DNA of 64,000 bases from Candidatus Bathyarchaeota archaeon (GCA_963807605.1 CAWECG010000003.1:576001-640000); one strand, 5' to 3'. Positions 1 through 10,629 are shown, numbered from the stretch's first letter. Notes: generated by a model from the letters alone, not told the origin. A program made the numbers and translations.

Positions 1-1185
1 TATGTCTGTGACTGATGGTTGGCCTTTTGTCAGAGTTCCAGTCTTGTCGAAGACAAGCGTTTTCACGCGGTGTGCCATCTCAAGGTTCTCTCCTCCTTTG
101 AAGAGTACTCCGCTTTCGGCTGCTTTCCCTGTTCCAACCATAAGTGCCGCGGGAGTGGCTATTCCCAATGCGCAGGGACATGCGATGACAATGACTGAGA
201 CAAAGGATAGAAGCGCAAAGTTCAGTCCTATTCTTCCAACGAAATACCAACCTAGGGCAGACGTTGTAGCGATGATGATTACTGCGGGAACAAAATATGC
301 CGCTATCTGATCTGCTATTCGTTGAATTGGAGCTCTTCCCGCCTGAGCCTCTTCGACCATTTTCACTATATGGGCTAGGACTGTATCCTGACCTATCTTT
401 TCGGCCCTGATCTTAACCATTCCTGCTTTGTTTGTTGTTGCACCTATGACTTCATCGCCTGTTTTTCTTTCAACTGGCATGCTTTCTCCGGTGATCATTG
501 ACTCGTCCACCGATGTGTGCCCAGTTACGACTACTGCGTCTACTGGAATCCTCTCTCCGGGTCTTACTGCCAGTTCATCTCCGACAGAGACTTGCTCAAC
601 CGGAATCTCCGTCTCTTGCCCATTCTTGACCAAGCGGGCCATGGTTGGTTGAAGATCCATAAGACGTCTGACCGCTTCTGACGCCCTGCTCTTGGTGAGG
701 TGCTCAAGATATCGGCCCATCAGGATGAGAGTTATGATTGCAGCTGACGTGTCGAAATAAGGCATTACCTCCTGTATTGGCAGTATTCTCGGAAAGAAGA
801 CGACTACAGTGCTGTAGGCCCATGCAGCCGTAGTTCCCAGAGCGATCAGCGTATCCATGTTGCCCATACGTGCCTTGATCGAGTGGTACAAGCCACGGTA
901 GAACCTGAAACCTATGATGAACTGTATTGGCGTAGTGAGGACGAAAAGAACCAAGAGTCGGACTTGCATAGGCAAAATCTGAAGGTATGTTAGAGCGATC
1001 ACAGGCACTGTGAGGACTACCGAAATGGCCAGAGATATCTTCAGCCGTTTAATCTCACGTTCCGGAGCAATAAACTCGTCAAGACATGATTTGCTGCAGA
1101 AATAGTAGGTTGTTCCACGAACCACTGCCTTAAGTTCCGCAGTTTTTTCATCCACATACATTCCACAGATTGGATCTTTGGCCAT
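1..1185 (-). CDS. copA: Cu(I)-translocating P1B-type ATPase with N-terminal YHS domain (runs off window start)
   Basis: Manual translation from ATG 1185: MAKDPICGMYVDE...YYFCSKSC (YHS), MDTLIALG, TGES, ACPCALG, DKTGTLT. Confidence 0.93.
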   Translation of the reverse strand, partial: MAKDPICGMYVDEKTAELKAVVRGTTYYFCSKSCLDEFIAPEREIKRLKISLAISVVLTVPVIALTYLQILPMQVRLLVLFVLTTPIQFIIGFRFYRGLYHSIKARMGNMDTLIALGTTAAWAYSTVVVFFPRILPIQEVMPYFDTSAAIITLILMGRYLEHLTKSRASEAVRRLMDLQPTMARLVKNGQETEIPVEQVSVGDELAVRPGERIPVDAVVVTGHTSVDESMITGESMPVERKTGDEVIGATTNKAGMVKIRAEKIGQDTVLAHIVKMVEEAQAGRAPIQRIADQIAAYFVPAVIIIATTSALGWYFVGRIGLNFALLSFVSVIVIACPCALGIATPAALMVGTGKAAESGVLFKGGENLEMAHRVKTLVFDKTGTLTKGQPSVTDI

Positions 1186-1273
1186 TATCGATCCCTTAAA
1201 TCATCGAAGGCAAGAAAAGATCAGCTATATAAAAAGCAAATCTTCTGCGCACTCGATATTCACATCAATAAGG

Positions 1274-1458
1274 ATCGAGCTCCCGCGGGCCCGCCATCAA
1301 GTGTAGAACAGCCTAATTTCCCGAACCTGCAGGTTTCGCCGCTAGTGATGGGAATCCCGCCCGGTTCACTACTCAAACAGTCGCTAACATAGATCAAGGC
1401 AGAATTTCCCGAAACTGGAAGATTCACCCCTAGCGGTGTGAGTCCCGGCGGCCGCACT
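1274..1458 (+). repeat. Three tandem degenerate tRNA 3'-end fragments; two lie in ~56-bp repeats with 88-bp period
   Basis: CCCGCGGGCCCGCCA ending 1296, GAATCCCGCCCGGTTCACTA ending 1371, GAGTCCCGGCGGCCGCACT ending 1458; 1315 AATTTCCCGAACCTGCAGGTTTCGCCGCTAG vs 1403 AATTTCCCGAAACTGGAAGATTCACCCCTAG. Confidence 0.65.
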
Positions 1459-1670
1459 TCTTGATGGAATTCAGCGCGCGCACTTTCGTTTCTCTATCCT
1501 CTGACTGATTACCCATATAAATGACCTGCGCGTCGGGCGCCCAAGAGTCAAATCCTTGACGTTCACATTCCGCAGGTATCTACGCGTACACACTACCCAA
1601 AATGTTTTTAGAGATTGCTAATGCTACCCTTGGCCAAACAATGCGAATCCGAAAGGGTCTGGTGACATAT

Positions 1671-2165
1671 TTGGTGAAATCAAGCAAAGAAGACTTGATG
1701 AAACGTGCTTATGATTTGGGTTTCAACTATACCAAGGATTATGGAAGTTGCTCACAATGTGCCTTTGCAGCTGTGAGCGAAGTCTTGGGAGGTCGAAGCC
1801 GTGAGATCTTTAAGACGATGGACGGTCTAGCTGGAGGATTGGTCCGTGCAGGAGATGGCACATGTGGCGCCTTGTCAGGCGGAGTGGCAGCGATAAGCCA
1901 AAGGTATGGCAGGGCAGATTTCTCGAATCTTGGAGAAAGAGAGAAGGGCATGGTACTGGGCAAGAAGCTCCATGACCGGTTCATAGAAGAGTTTGGAAGC
2001 GCCATCTGCAAAGATGTCCAGACGAAAATTATTGGAAGGTCTTTCAACCTCTGGGACCCCAAGGAACATGAAGAATTCAACAAGGCAAAGGGAGACAAGT
2101 GCCAAAATGTTGTGGGGAAAACTGCAAAGTGGACTGTCGAAATCCTATTGAATGAAAAAAAATAG
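1671..2165 (+). CDS. C_GCAxxG_C_C family putative redox protein
   Basis: YGSCSQC, GLAGG, TCGALSGG, ICKDVQ, KCQNVV; start placed at TTG 1671 rather than 1602. Confidence 0.85.
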   Translation: MVKSSKEDLMKRAYDLGFNYTKDYGSCSQCAFAAVSEVLGGRSREIFKTMDGLAGGLVRAGDGTCGALSGGVAAISQRYGRADFSNLGEREKGMVLGKKLHDRFIEEFGSAICKDVQTKIIGRSFNLWDPKEHEEFNKAKGDKCQNVVGKTAKWTVEILLNEKK

Positions 2166-2339
2166 TATAGAGGTTTGGTTGTTTAACTCAGCAAGCGCAA
2201 GTAGCACGGCTGAGGGCGCACAACTCGAAAGGGCTTAAGCAATTAGCGCCTAAACACCTAAGCCAATAGCACCGACAGGAAAACGTACCCAATCGAAAAC
2301 TACACAGGAAACTAATTTTCGACACCCTAAGAGTTATTT

Positions 2340-2430
2340 TGGTGGACCGGGCGGGATCCGCAACTTTTTCGGTGCTAGAATTGGTTTCAAAATTCGCGCG
2401 GGTTCAGGCCTCGCAGGGTTCGGACACGTC
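2340..2430 (-). mobile_element. att-like end of an integrated element, terminating in a tRNA 3' fragment
   Basis: Minus strand ATCCCGCCCGGTCCACCA matches 16/18 to the tRNA-Val 3' end in the same orientation; upstream sequence is homologous to 37571-37625 and 37879-37963. Confidence 0.65.
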
Positions 2431-2533
2431 GACCTTTGGGATCCGGAAATCTTCTCTATGAAACGGTTCTTGATTGGGTCGTTAAGTGAACGCGCGCGTA
2501 TACTTTTTCATCCTGAGTTCATTCTAAATCCGA

Positions 2534-2692
2534 TTAATGAAGTTGGGAAAGTGCTCCTTTCATCCACAATTTGTAGCGGTCAACACAGTCCTTATCATGA
2601 AAAGCATATTCTTCTCCGTTAATGGTCTCAAAGTAAGGCTCACCGATAATGATATCATCACAAAGGGCACATATCTTTTCCTTCACCATCAT
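2534..2692 (-). CDS. Small TRASH/YHS-type metal-binding protein
   Basis: CALCDD...INGEEYAFHDKDC; GAGGTG upstream of ATG 2692. Confidence 0.7.
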   Translation of the reverse strand: MMVKEKICALCDDIIIGEPYFETINGEEYAFHDKDCVDRYKLWMKGALSQLH

Positions 2693-3048
2693 CTCACCTC
2701 CTATCAATTGTTCCATCATCACATACGCCATGATAGAGTAATATACTTAACGTTTGTTTGTAATACCTTATTCTAAGCATAATGGCGAACAACATAACTT
2801 TGTCCTACAGTTTGTGCTTTGAACAATTAGAATTTTCCTCACTTCAGTGAAAGTCGATGCGGCACAAGCGTATATGAACTTCAATCGTCCTATGCTCATC
2901 CAAGGAAATATATTACGTCCGGATCGTATCTTGCGCCTGAAGTGGACCTCTCTTCGATGAAGCGCGCGCCGGTGTAGGCCTATTGAATTCATATTCAAAT
3001 AGGCAAAACTTTTAACCTCAAAATTGTAGAGATTGTTTCGGTGAGGAC

Positions 3049-3465
3049 ATGCCCAAGTTTAAGGCTACAGCCAAATGGGTCGGAAATGTTCGTTCAATAG
3101 TGGACAATTCCAGAACACACAGTGTGGTTTGTGATCTAACAACCCCTCAGGGTGGAGACGATACGGGGCCAACAGCCAACGAATTGGCTATAATGGCTTT
3201 AGCAGATTGCGCCGTGACAATATTCGCCGATGTCTGTAAACAGAGCAAAATTGAACTCGTTAAAGTGGAGGCTGTCGCGGAGGCTGAAAAACCTCCTGAC
3301 TCGCCCAAGCTGAGTGGGGTAACCATTAAGACTACAGTTACCGCAAAGGCAAGAAAGGAACTATTAGAAGCTTCTTGGAGGAGAACCGAAGCAAACTGCC
3401 CAGTACTATCCATATTCAGGGAGCCAATACCACTAAAGGTCGAATTCGAAGTCATTCCTGAATAA
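3049..3465 (+). CDS. OsmC/YhfA-like protein
   Basis: GGDDTGPTANEL..ALADC and NCPV cysteine pair. Confidence 0.88.
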   Translation: MPKFKATAKWVGNVRSIVDNSRTHSVVCDLTTPQGGDDTGPTANELAIMALADCAVTIFADVCKQSKIELVKVEAVAEAEKPPDSPKLSGVTIKTTVTAKARKELLEASWRRTEANCPVLSIFREPIPLKVEFEVIPE

Positions 3466-3711
3466 TTCTACGAGACGACACGTACCTAGGACTCAACCCT
3501 AGAACAACATCTGAATCATTTATGAAAAATGGTGTTGACAACAAAAGGTGAAACACAAGGGCGTCATACCTTTGACGCCATATCTCCGTAACATTTGCGC
3601 CCGCGTATGATGTGCTTTCCTTCCTTGCTGCAGGTACTATGACCTTCAGTTCGGTTGCTGCGATAAGTAATTCGCTCTTACTTGATTCAAACGAAGCCTT
3701 GAATTAGAAGT

Positions 3712-4017
3712 TTGCAGGCGAGATTTGTGAGCGAGAATAACAAAGAGAATAAGGATACTTTTGAGAAGATTGCAAGAGAGTCGAAAAAAGCTAAAGAGTC
3801 TCGCCTCATCGTCTCTGTGACTGGAATTAGCTGCGCCACCTGCACTGTCGCTATAGAGAAACAGGTGAAAAAGATCGAGGGCGTTGGCGCTGTTAAGACG
3901 GCGATAATGCTGAACAAGGTTTTCATAGATTATGACCCGACTCTCATCGACTCAGCTACAATCAGAAAAGCAATAGACAAGACTGGTTACAAAAGCTACA
4001 TGAGCGTGGAGGAATAA
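3712..4017 (+). CDS. Heavy-metal-associated (HMA/CopZ-like) metal chaperone
   Basis: GISCATC motif, IDYDP...IRKAIDKTGY; start uncertain. Confidence 0.88.
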   Translation: MQARFVSENNKENKDTFEKIARESKKAKESRLIVSVTGISCATCTVAIEKQVKKIEGVGAVKTAIMLNKVFIDYDPTLIDSATIRKAIDKTGYKSYMSVEE

Positions 4018-4033
4018 TGAGCGCCCGTAACGC

Positions 4034-4615
4034 GTGCGCATGCGAGACATTGAAAAATTGACCGCCTCGAAATACCCTTATAATGAAAAGGAGAGGAGGA
4101 GATGGCAGAATCCTGAAGCCATACTAGGAGAAATAGGCTTACGATCCGGTCTAACATTCATTGACATAGGTTGCGGCGATGGCTTTTTCACCATCCCAGC
4201 CGCTAAGATCGTGGGCGAAACAGGGAGAGTCTATGGGTTAGACTCGGATGATGAAGCAATAGATCTTTTGAAGAAAAAGGCCACTGGAGAACGCCTGACA
4301 AATCTAGATTTGAAACTGGGAAAAGCTGAAGAGACAGTCCTATGTGAGGCATGCGCGGACGTGGTCTTCTTCGGTACAGTTCTTCACGACTTTAGAGATC
4401 CAGCCAAGGTATTAATGAATGCGAAGAAAATGGTCAAATCTGACGGACGGCTGATAGACTTAGACTGGAAAAAGGAGTCGATGAAGTTGGGACCTCCACT
4501 TCGAATAAGGTTCAGCCAAGAAGAAGCAATACGACTTATTGAATCGACAGGCCTAAAGATAGAGGAAGTGAAGGAAAACGGCCCCTACCACTACTTGATT
4601 GTGGCCAAATCATAA
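4034..4615 (+). CDS. Class I SAM-dependent methyltransferase
   Basis: DIGCGDG, VLHD, IDLDWKK..GPP. Confidence 0.88.
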   Translation: MRMRDIEKLTASKYPYNEKERRRWQNPEAILGEIGLRSGLTFIDIGCGDGFFTIPAAKIVGETGRVYGLDSDDEAIDLLKKKATGERLTNLDLKLGKAEETVLCEACADVVFFGTVLHDFRDPAKVLMNAKKMVKSDGRLIDLDWKKESMKLGPPLRIRFSQEEAIRLIESTGLKIEEVKENGPYHYLIVAKS

Positions 4616-4765
4616 CTTGTGCTGGGAGGACTCATGGTCTCCAATCAAATTGGATTCGTTTACGTGCGCTTCGGCGTAGTTGGTTAGTCATTTCATATGG
4701 TTAATCAACTGGGGATAGAGTCGAGGAAGGATGCGCGCCACAGCCCTGAGATGTAGTGAAACAGA

Positions 4766-5317
4766 ATGCTACCCAATTTTTTTACGAGTGGAAAGGTTGG
4801 CATTCTAAAAAGCCGACCACGTATCCTCGGACTTGTTATGGTAATCCTGGTTCTTGCTGGTGGAGTGTTTTATTTCTTTTCGATTCAAGAGCGCCCGCGG
4901 GTTAGTCCACCCAAGTCTGTTTCTCTGACAAAAGAGCAGAAAGAGATTGATGATTTTCTGAAGGAGTATTATCTTGCCTATGGTAATGCATCTCTTACCA
5001 GGCTCATTGTGCTCTTTGACAATGATGCTATCTTGTCTGCTCCTAACGGTGTAGTATACAAAGGATTCTACACTATAAGATCCTATTATGTAGAGGATAT
5101 TGATAGTTTCTGGAACTTTACGATCGATAAGACGGCTTCGACAGTTGAGGTTCGAGGGAACGAAGCGTATGCAACATATAATATTAGAGTTGGGCCTTGG
5201 TACATGGGTGTGACTGAGAGTGTAAAATTCTTCTACAAAGATACTTTTGAATTGAAGAGAGAAGGGGATACTTGGAAGATCACCGCATTGACGATAGAAC
5301 AAACCTCAGCCAGATAA
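4766..5317 (+). CDS. Membrane-anchored SnoaL/NTF2-like (DUF4440-type) protein
   Basis: N-terminal hydrophobic helix; LFDNDAILSAPNG...LKREGDTWKI pattern. Confidence 0.6.
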   Translation: MLPNFFTSGKVGILKSRPRILGLVMVILVLAGGVFYFFSIQERPRVSPPKSVSLTKEQKEIDDFLKEYYLAYGNASLTRLIVLFDNDAILSAPNGVVYKGFYTIRSYYVEDIDSFWNFTIDKTASTVEVRGNEAYATYNIRVGPWYMGVTESVKFFYKDTFELKREGDTWKITALTIEQTSAR

Positions 5318-5458
5318 TCGAGTTTCGTTGTCGCCTCACGAATAGAATCACACATACAAATTCGTCACATTAGGAAAAGAGATCTCAGGTCTGAGATAAG
5401 GTCCAGATATACGTGCACGAAACGTTAAGTAAGCATCTGGAGTACGTTGCTAGAGGTG

Positions 5459-5641
5459 ATGAGCTCAGTGATTACTTTGAAATGTCCTATTGGCGGGTGT
5501 GTCTTTGAGATAGATGCTCACACCTTTGAGGAAGCAATTAAGAAGGCTAGAGATCATGCGAAGGCACAGCACAACATGACTGATCTCCCTGCCCACATTA
5601 TAGAGAAAATTGCACAAGCGTTTAAGCCAACAATATGGTGA
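5459..5641 (+). CDS. DUF1059-like small metal-binding protein
   Basis: CPIGGCVFEI...ARDHAKAQH. Confidence 0.75.
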   Translation: MSSVITLKCPIGGCVFEIDAHTFEEAIKKARDHAKAQHNMTDLPAHIIEKIAQAFKPTIW

Positions 5642-5718
5642 AGTTGTAGCGACCGCCAGTCTTTTCTTGGCCGACTTGTCCATCATATTGTCAGCCCGGT
5701 TCCATCAAGCTTTTCATT

Positions 5719-8157
5719 TTACAATCCAAATTTCCTGAATGCATAGTACTTGGGGAAATCTACACCTAGTGTGAACAGTGCAGAGAATCCTAGGATGAAG
5801 AGAACTTCATATGATTTGAGTGGTGGAATGATGAGGCCGTAGATGCCCAGTAATGCAAATCCGCCTATGGCAAGTATGCTTGAGATAAGCAGTTCCCTTC
5901 CAGGGCGCGAGTTCCAGAAGTGTCTTCTCTCCCTTACCACGAGCACTCTAAACTGACTTGTGAATATGAGCATTAACATTACGAAGGTCTGGAGTGCCTC
6001 CCAGCCTAGGTGGAAGTAGTTTAAAGCGATGAACACTCCAATCGCACCCTCCACAATTAGCAGCGCGCCAATTACGAGCGACGCCAAAGTGATGTTACGT
6101 ACATTCCACAGATTTGGGCTACTTGTATGCTTTGCATTGTCGGTCGCCAGTGACATTGTCACAAAATCATTTGCGAATAGTAGGAGAACCATCCCCAGAA
6201 GCGAAAGCAAAACCTCATGCAACCAGAAAAATCCCAAGGCAAGTAACCCAACGAACTGTATCACCTTCGCGACCTTGTTTATGACCCACGTCAGCATTCG
6301 TTGATAGATCTGCCTGCTCGTCTTTATCGCATCCAGTATTTCCCTTGTACCCGGTTCGGTTAAGACTATACTCGAAGAAGCCTTTGCGACATCGGTGGAA
6401 TCGCTTACCGCTATCCCGACTTCTGCTTGCTTGAGTGCTGGCGAATCATTGACTCCATCACCCGTCATTCCTACTATGTATCCTCTGGATTGTAGAAGTT
6501 TCACAATCCTGTACTTGTCTTCGGGGTATATCTCAGCCAGACCATCGTTCTCCTCAAGAATTCTTGCCTGCTCGCTTTCGGTTAGGTCTTTAAGATCCGA
6601 AATCTTGTAGATCTTGTCCCCAATGGACACCTGACGGGCTATCTCCTTGGCTATGGCGATATTGTCACCTGTAAGCATCCTCGGTCTTACTCCGGCCGCT
6701 TTCAGTTCTTCAATCATGACTTTTGAGTCTGGTCTGGGTGGATCAGCGAGTGGTAGTAACCCTACAAGCCTAAGATTATTCATGTCGTTAAGTTCTGATC
6801 TGGCAATTGCGAGGGTCCTATACCCTTTCTGAGATAGCTCTTCCACTGTTCTTTTCGCTTTTTCCCGAGTTTCTTCGTCGATCCCCTTGCACAGAGACAT
6901 TATTACTTGTGGTGCACCCTTTACGGCTCGGAACCGTTCCTTCTTGGCTTCGATGATTGCTTCCGATCGCTTGGTGGATGGGTCGAAAGGCGTAAACGAA
7001 ATCTGTCTGTATGCGCTGGAGTCTATGCCCAATGCTCGGGCATATTCAATTACCGTTAGGTCGATCACATCTTTGCTTTCTTCTTTGGACGCTAAACTCG
7101 CTATGGCAGCAACGTCCTCTTTCTTATATCCAGCAAAGGGTATGGGATCGGTAACTGACAATTTGTTCTGCGTTATTGTACCCGTCTTATCGAGACAAAG
7201 TATCTCCATCGAAGCCGCATCCTCGATTGAATCAAGTCGTGTGACGAGAACCCCCTTCTTAGCAAGCTCTGTTGCACCGACGGCTAACACCACAGCGAAA
7301 ACTGCGGGTAAGGCAACAGGAACAGCTCCCATGAGGAAAATTAAGGCAAGAGTTAGTATGATTAGAATGTCTGAGTGTGCCAGTATAGCATCTACCGCCA
7401 CAAAGACCAGTGCTGCGATGCTCACATACATCATGTATTTGACGACGGCCATCATTATTTGCTCTTGATGCGAGCTCGGTTTGGCTATCTTGACTAGTTC
7501 GGCAGTCTTTCCAAAGTATGTATTGATGCCCGTGTTGAGCACAAGACACCTCGCTTCTCCTCGTTTCACTATGGAACTTGAGTAAACGATTCCTGAGTCA
7601 TGCACACTTACTGGAAGAGATTCGCCTGTCAGGGCTGACTGATCAACGGAAACTTGACCATTGACTATCTTGGCATCAGCTGGAACCAGATCTCCGGATC
7701 CAACTCCGATAATGTCTCCGGGGGCGATCTCTCTTGCGTCTTTTGTCACCCATTCTCCATTCCGCAAGACTCTGGCTTTAATGGCGAGTCTTTTCTTTAG
7801 GAGGTCTAACGTTCTCCGCGCATTACGTGTATGTACAAAGCCTATCGAAACGTTAGTCGTAAGCAGGCCAAAAATTATCGCAGCCTCAAGATAGTGATGC
7901 AAGGCGTATGAAAGTGCGAAAGTCAATTCTAATAGCCAAGGCAAAGGGCCCCAGTAGCGCGACAAAAAGTCAAGAAAGGGATTTCGCTGCTGCTCGATTA
8001 CTTCATTATACCCGAACTTTTCAAGCCTATTCCTGGCTTCAGATTCGGTAAGACCATTCACCGACGTTTCAAGCAGCTTGATTGTGTCTTCGATCGTGAG
8101 CTGCTTATATTCCGATGTCTTTTTGACTTCTTTCATAGCTGACATGTCTGTCCTCAA
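5719..8157 (-). CDS. P3A-type proton-efflux P-type ATPase
   Basis: DQSALTGES, VPVALP, DKTGT, KGAPQ, DPPR, TGDGVND, NDFVTM; 812 aa. Confidence 0.92.
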   Translation of the reverse strand: MRTDMSAMKEVKKTSEYKQLTIEDTIKLLETSVNGLTESEARNRLEKFGYNEVIEQQRNPFLDFLSRYWGPLPWLLELTFALSYALHHYLEAAIIFGLLTTNVSIGFVHTRNARRTLDLLKKRLAIKARVLRNGEWVTKDAREIAPGDIIGVGSGDLVPADAKIVNGQVSVDQSALTGESLPVSVHDSGIVYSSSIVKRGEARCLVLNTGINTYFGKTAELVKIAKPSSHQEQIMMAVVKYMMYVSIAALVFVAVDAILAHSDILIILTLALIFLMGAVPVALPAVFAVVLAVGATELAKKGVLVTRLDSIEDAASMEILCLDKTGTITQNKLSVTDPIPFAGYKKEDVAAIASLASKEESKDVIDLTVIEYARALGIDSSAYRQISFTPFDPSTKRSEAIIEAKKERFRAVKGAPQVIMSLCKGIDEETREKAKRTVEELSQKGYRTLAIARSELNDMNNLRLVGLLPLADPPRPDSKVMIEELKAAGVRPRMLTGDNIAIAKEIARQVSIGDKIYKISDLKDLTESEQARILEENDGLAEIYPEDKYRIVKLLQSRGYIVGMTGDGVNDSPALKQAEVGIAVSDSTDVAKASSSIVLTEPGTREILDAIKTSRQIYQRMLTWVINKVAKVIQFVGLLALGFFWLHEVLLSLLGMVLLLFANDFVTMSLATDNAKHTSSPNLWNVRNITLASLVIGALLIVEGAIGVFIALNYFHLGWEALQTFVMLMLIFTSQFRVLVVRERRHFWNSRPGRELLISSILAIGGFALLGIYGLIIPPLKSYEVLFILGFSALFTLGVDFPKYYAFRKFGL

Positions 8158-8315
8158 GCATTCTATGGTAGCACGCGCTAGAAGATAGGATACACAGAAG
8201 AAGAACTCAAGTTCCTGAAGGAGCGAATCTAGGTTTCGGTTGTGGTAATCCCGTCGATCTCGCTTTTCTAAGAGAGGGTCAGACTGTTAGCGCGCGCTGC
8301 GCGTATCCTCTGAAA

Positions 8316-8675
8316 TCAGTGTGATACGCCTACGTGTGTTACCTGTATTGACTGAAGAGGTGTCTTCCCACGGATCCATCTAGCTTTGAAGATTGAGACT
8401 TCAGGTAACTGATCTGATATAACCGTCGCATTCGCTTCTCCATTAATCAGTTTGAGTTGCACATTTTTTGATGAGCCCTTGAAGCGCATGCGTCATTCAT
8501 TGTTTATTGAGAGTTCCACGGTGTCATCTCTGGTCGTATCGATCTTTCCGTCGTCGGTCACAGCGGCGACTCGAAGTGTCTTCTCAGTCGACTTCTCTAT
8601 TCCTGGCAAAAATATTACCAAGCGCGTAGCTTCGGGTTGCTTTTTCTCTGTGGGTTCGTGCTTCGCTTTATCCAT
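8316..8675 (-). pseudogene. Hypothetical beta-rich protein interrupted by an in-frame TGA at 8493-8495
   Basis: Frame stays open for 58 codons past the TGA (RMRFKGSSKNVQLKLINGEANATV...) to TGA 8316. Confidence 0.55.
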
Positions 8676-8966
8676 TTTGTGGATCCCCTTAAGATGACTT
8701 ACAGTTGCATGTAGTTACAATACAACTATTCTGCATTTGAATTTAGTGAGCGCTGGAACCTCAGCCGCTTTCTCAGGTCTATCCTATCACCCGCGTGCTA
8801 GTCAAAAATTAGCGTAATCTAGAATATAACTATGAGCGTGCGTTATATGGCATCATTGTCCCACCACTTACATCGTATCAGGCCCTCTTCGTATTAGGGT
8901 TCTTAGCATTATCCACTTTGGTTCTAATTCTTTTCCAGGTTTCACGTCTATAGAAGATTCGGATGT

Positions 8967-9086
8967 GTGTGTGCCTTAGCTGGTGAGCACACACACTAAC
9001 ATAATCTAACGGTTCAAATCTGGAGGCTCTCCAGCTATGGCGACGACGACGAACGGTTCACTACGCTCACCAAGGGACAGGACACG
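8967..9086. repeat. Cluster of three 28-bp 11-6-11 sites
   Basis: 8967+ GTGTGTGCCTT-AGCTGG-TGAGCACACAC; 9047- GTCGTCGCCAT-AGCTGG-AGAGCCTCCAG; 9086- CGTGTCCTGTC-CCTTGG-TGAGCGTAGTG. Confidence 0.6.
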
Positions 9087-9094
9087 GGATTTTG

Positions 9095-9400
9095 CTATTG
9101 AGAGTTGTTGCCTTCCCGGTCTTCATCTTCCAGAACTTCTATAACCTTTTCGACAATCTTCGGTCTTGCGTGTATTCTGAATTCGAAGTGGGCTGGCGGA
9201 AAATTATGTTGAGTGATGGTTCCATTCACCGAATAGTCTTGCTCTTTCTCTGGAAATCTTACGTAGACAGGTGAGAATTTCCGTAATACAAGATCGTTTC
9301 CCAATATATCTGCCCAAGCTAACCGACACAGTCTCCTCCCCCCCAACAGAGGCAGATGCCGTGAAAACTCAATAAGCTTTTGCTCAGTCGTGCAGAGCAA
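9095..9400 (-). CDS. Hypothetical protein (start uncertain)
   Basis: Open frame co-oriented with the MFS gene; no recognised motif. Confidence 0.3.
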   Translation of the reverse strand: MLCTTEQKLIEFSRHLPLLGGRRLCRLAWADILGNDLVLRKFSPVYVRFPEKEQDYSVNGTITQHNFPPAHFEFRIHARPKIVEKVIEVLEDEDREGNNSQ

Positions 9401-10580
9401 GAGTAACAGGTAATAATAGGATGAATGCTCCTCCGGCCAGAAGAAAGGTATTCTTGATGTTGATCAGCTCTATCAATCTGCCAGCCAACAGGGGTCCGAT
9501 GGTATAGCCTAGGTCTTTGAAGGTAGCTATGGCTCCTGTCATAACGACTTTGTCCTTACGCATGATATCAGACATTCTTGAATACAATGCGATGAAAATC
9601 ATCGTGTAACTTATCGTGAAAGCCGTCACGACTGCTATTATGTAGTAGAAGTTGCTTGACAATGGAATCAAGATCCCTGTCAGTGTAGTCAACGCGATCG
9701 CTGACGTCAGCGTCTTGCGGATTCCGTGACGATCTATTAGGTTCCCCATTGGCAATTCAAGGCCGACGGCAGGTAACAAGGCGATTGTGAGTATAACGCC
9801 AATCAGAGGAATAGAGATTCCTTCATGGTTAAGAAAAATCGAAAGGAAAGAATAGTAAACGTTGATCAGGGCATAGAACACAATTATTAGGAATGTGGTC
9901 TTTATGAATCGGTTATTGCGCATGTAGCCTGACAGTTTAACCATTTGAACTTTCAACGGTGCTCTCTCAGGTTTAGGCGTCTCCTTTAGGTAGAGTGAAA
10001 CTACGACAAATGCGGTCAAGCTTGTCAAGCTGAGCACATAGAATGGCAGGAAGAAAGAAAGAATGGAGATAAAGCCTCCTACAAAGGGTGATAATGCTGA
10101 AGCGAGATCATTCATGCTGGAGAAGAATCCGACCTCCTTTCCTTTGGCACGTTTGTCAGTGTACCCGAGAATATAGGCCCATGAAGTCAGCCAGAGGAAA
10201 GAAGATGCAATTCCCCTAGCGATGCTCACCAACAGTAGCAGGGGAAAGCTGTTAGCCATGGGATAGAACAGTGCGAGGCCAGAGTAGACAAGCAACACAA
10301 TCTGCAGAACCCGTTTGATATTCATCCTAACTTCTATAATGCCGAAGGGAATATTGAGAAAGATCCCTGCCATAGTTGTAAGTGAAAGGACAAGGCCGGT
10401 CAAGAACGAGTTTCCAGTCACATTGTTTACGTATATCGAGAATACTGGAGATGTCACGCCCCAACCGAAAGTGTAAATGAAGAACGCAACTGAGATGGGG
10501 AGGAATACTCTCCGGAAACTCCTGATGTGACGTAGGTCGCTGAACTCTTTGAACATGTCGACTACATTCAGCGCGAGCAT
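9384..10580 (-). CDS. MFS transporter
   Basis: About 12 hydrophobic helices; GNLIDRHGIRK motif A. Confidence 0.9.
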   Translation of the reverse strand: MLALNVVDMFKEFSDLRHIRSFRRVFLPISVAFFIYTFGWGVTSPVFSIYVNNVTGNSFLTGLVLSLTTMAGIFLNIPFGIIEVRMNIKRVLQIVLLVYSGLALFYPMANSFPLLLLVSIARGIASSFLWLTSWAYILGYTDKRAKGKEVGFFSSMNDLASALSPFVGGFISILSFFLPFYVLSLTSLTAFVVVSLYLKETPKPERAPLKVQMVKLSGYMRNNRFIKTTFLIIVFYALINVYYSFLSIFLNHEGISIPLIGVILTIALLPAVGLELPMGNLIDRHGIRKTLTSAIALTTLTGILIPLSSNFYYIIAVVTAFTISYTMIFIALYSRMSDIMRKDKVVMTGAIATFKDLGYTIGPLLAGRLIELINIKNTFLLAGGAFILLLPVTLALHD

Positions 10581-10601
10581 TAAAGAATTGCTTGGTTACG
10601 T

Positions 10602-10629
10602 GTGTGTGGCCTAGCTGGTGAGGGGGATA
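10602..10629 (+). repeat. 28-bp site, direct repeat of the 8967 site
   Basis: GTGTGTGGCCT-AGCTGG-TGAG; same 6-bp core as 8967. Confidence 0.6.

Noticed and set aside
1274-1458. CRISPR array
   Set aside because: Only two to three degenerate units, tRNA-derived ends, no identical repeats and no cas genes.
2890-2970. Possible gene tail (ARFIEERSTSGARYDPDVIYFLG*) starting at a GCGCGCGC tract
   Set aside because: No family recognised, so not counted as a breakpoint example.
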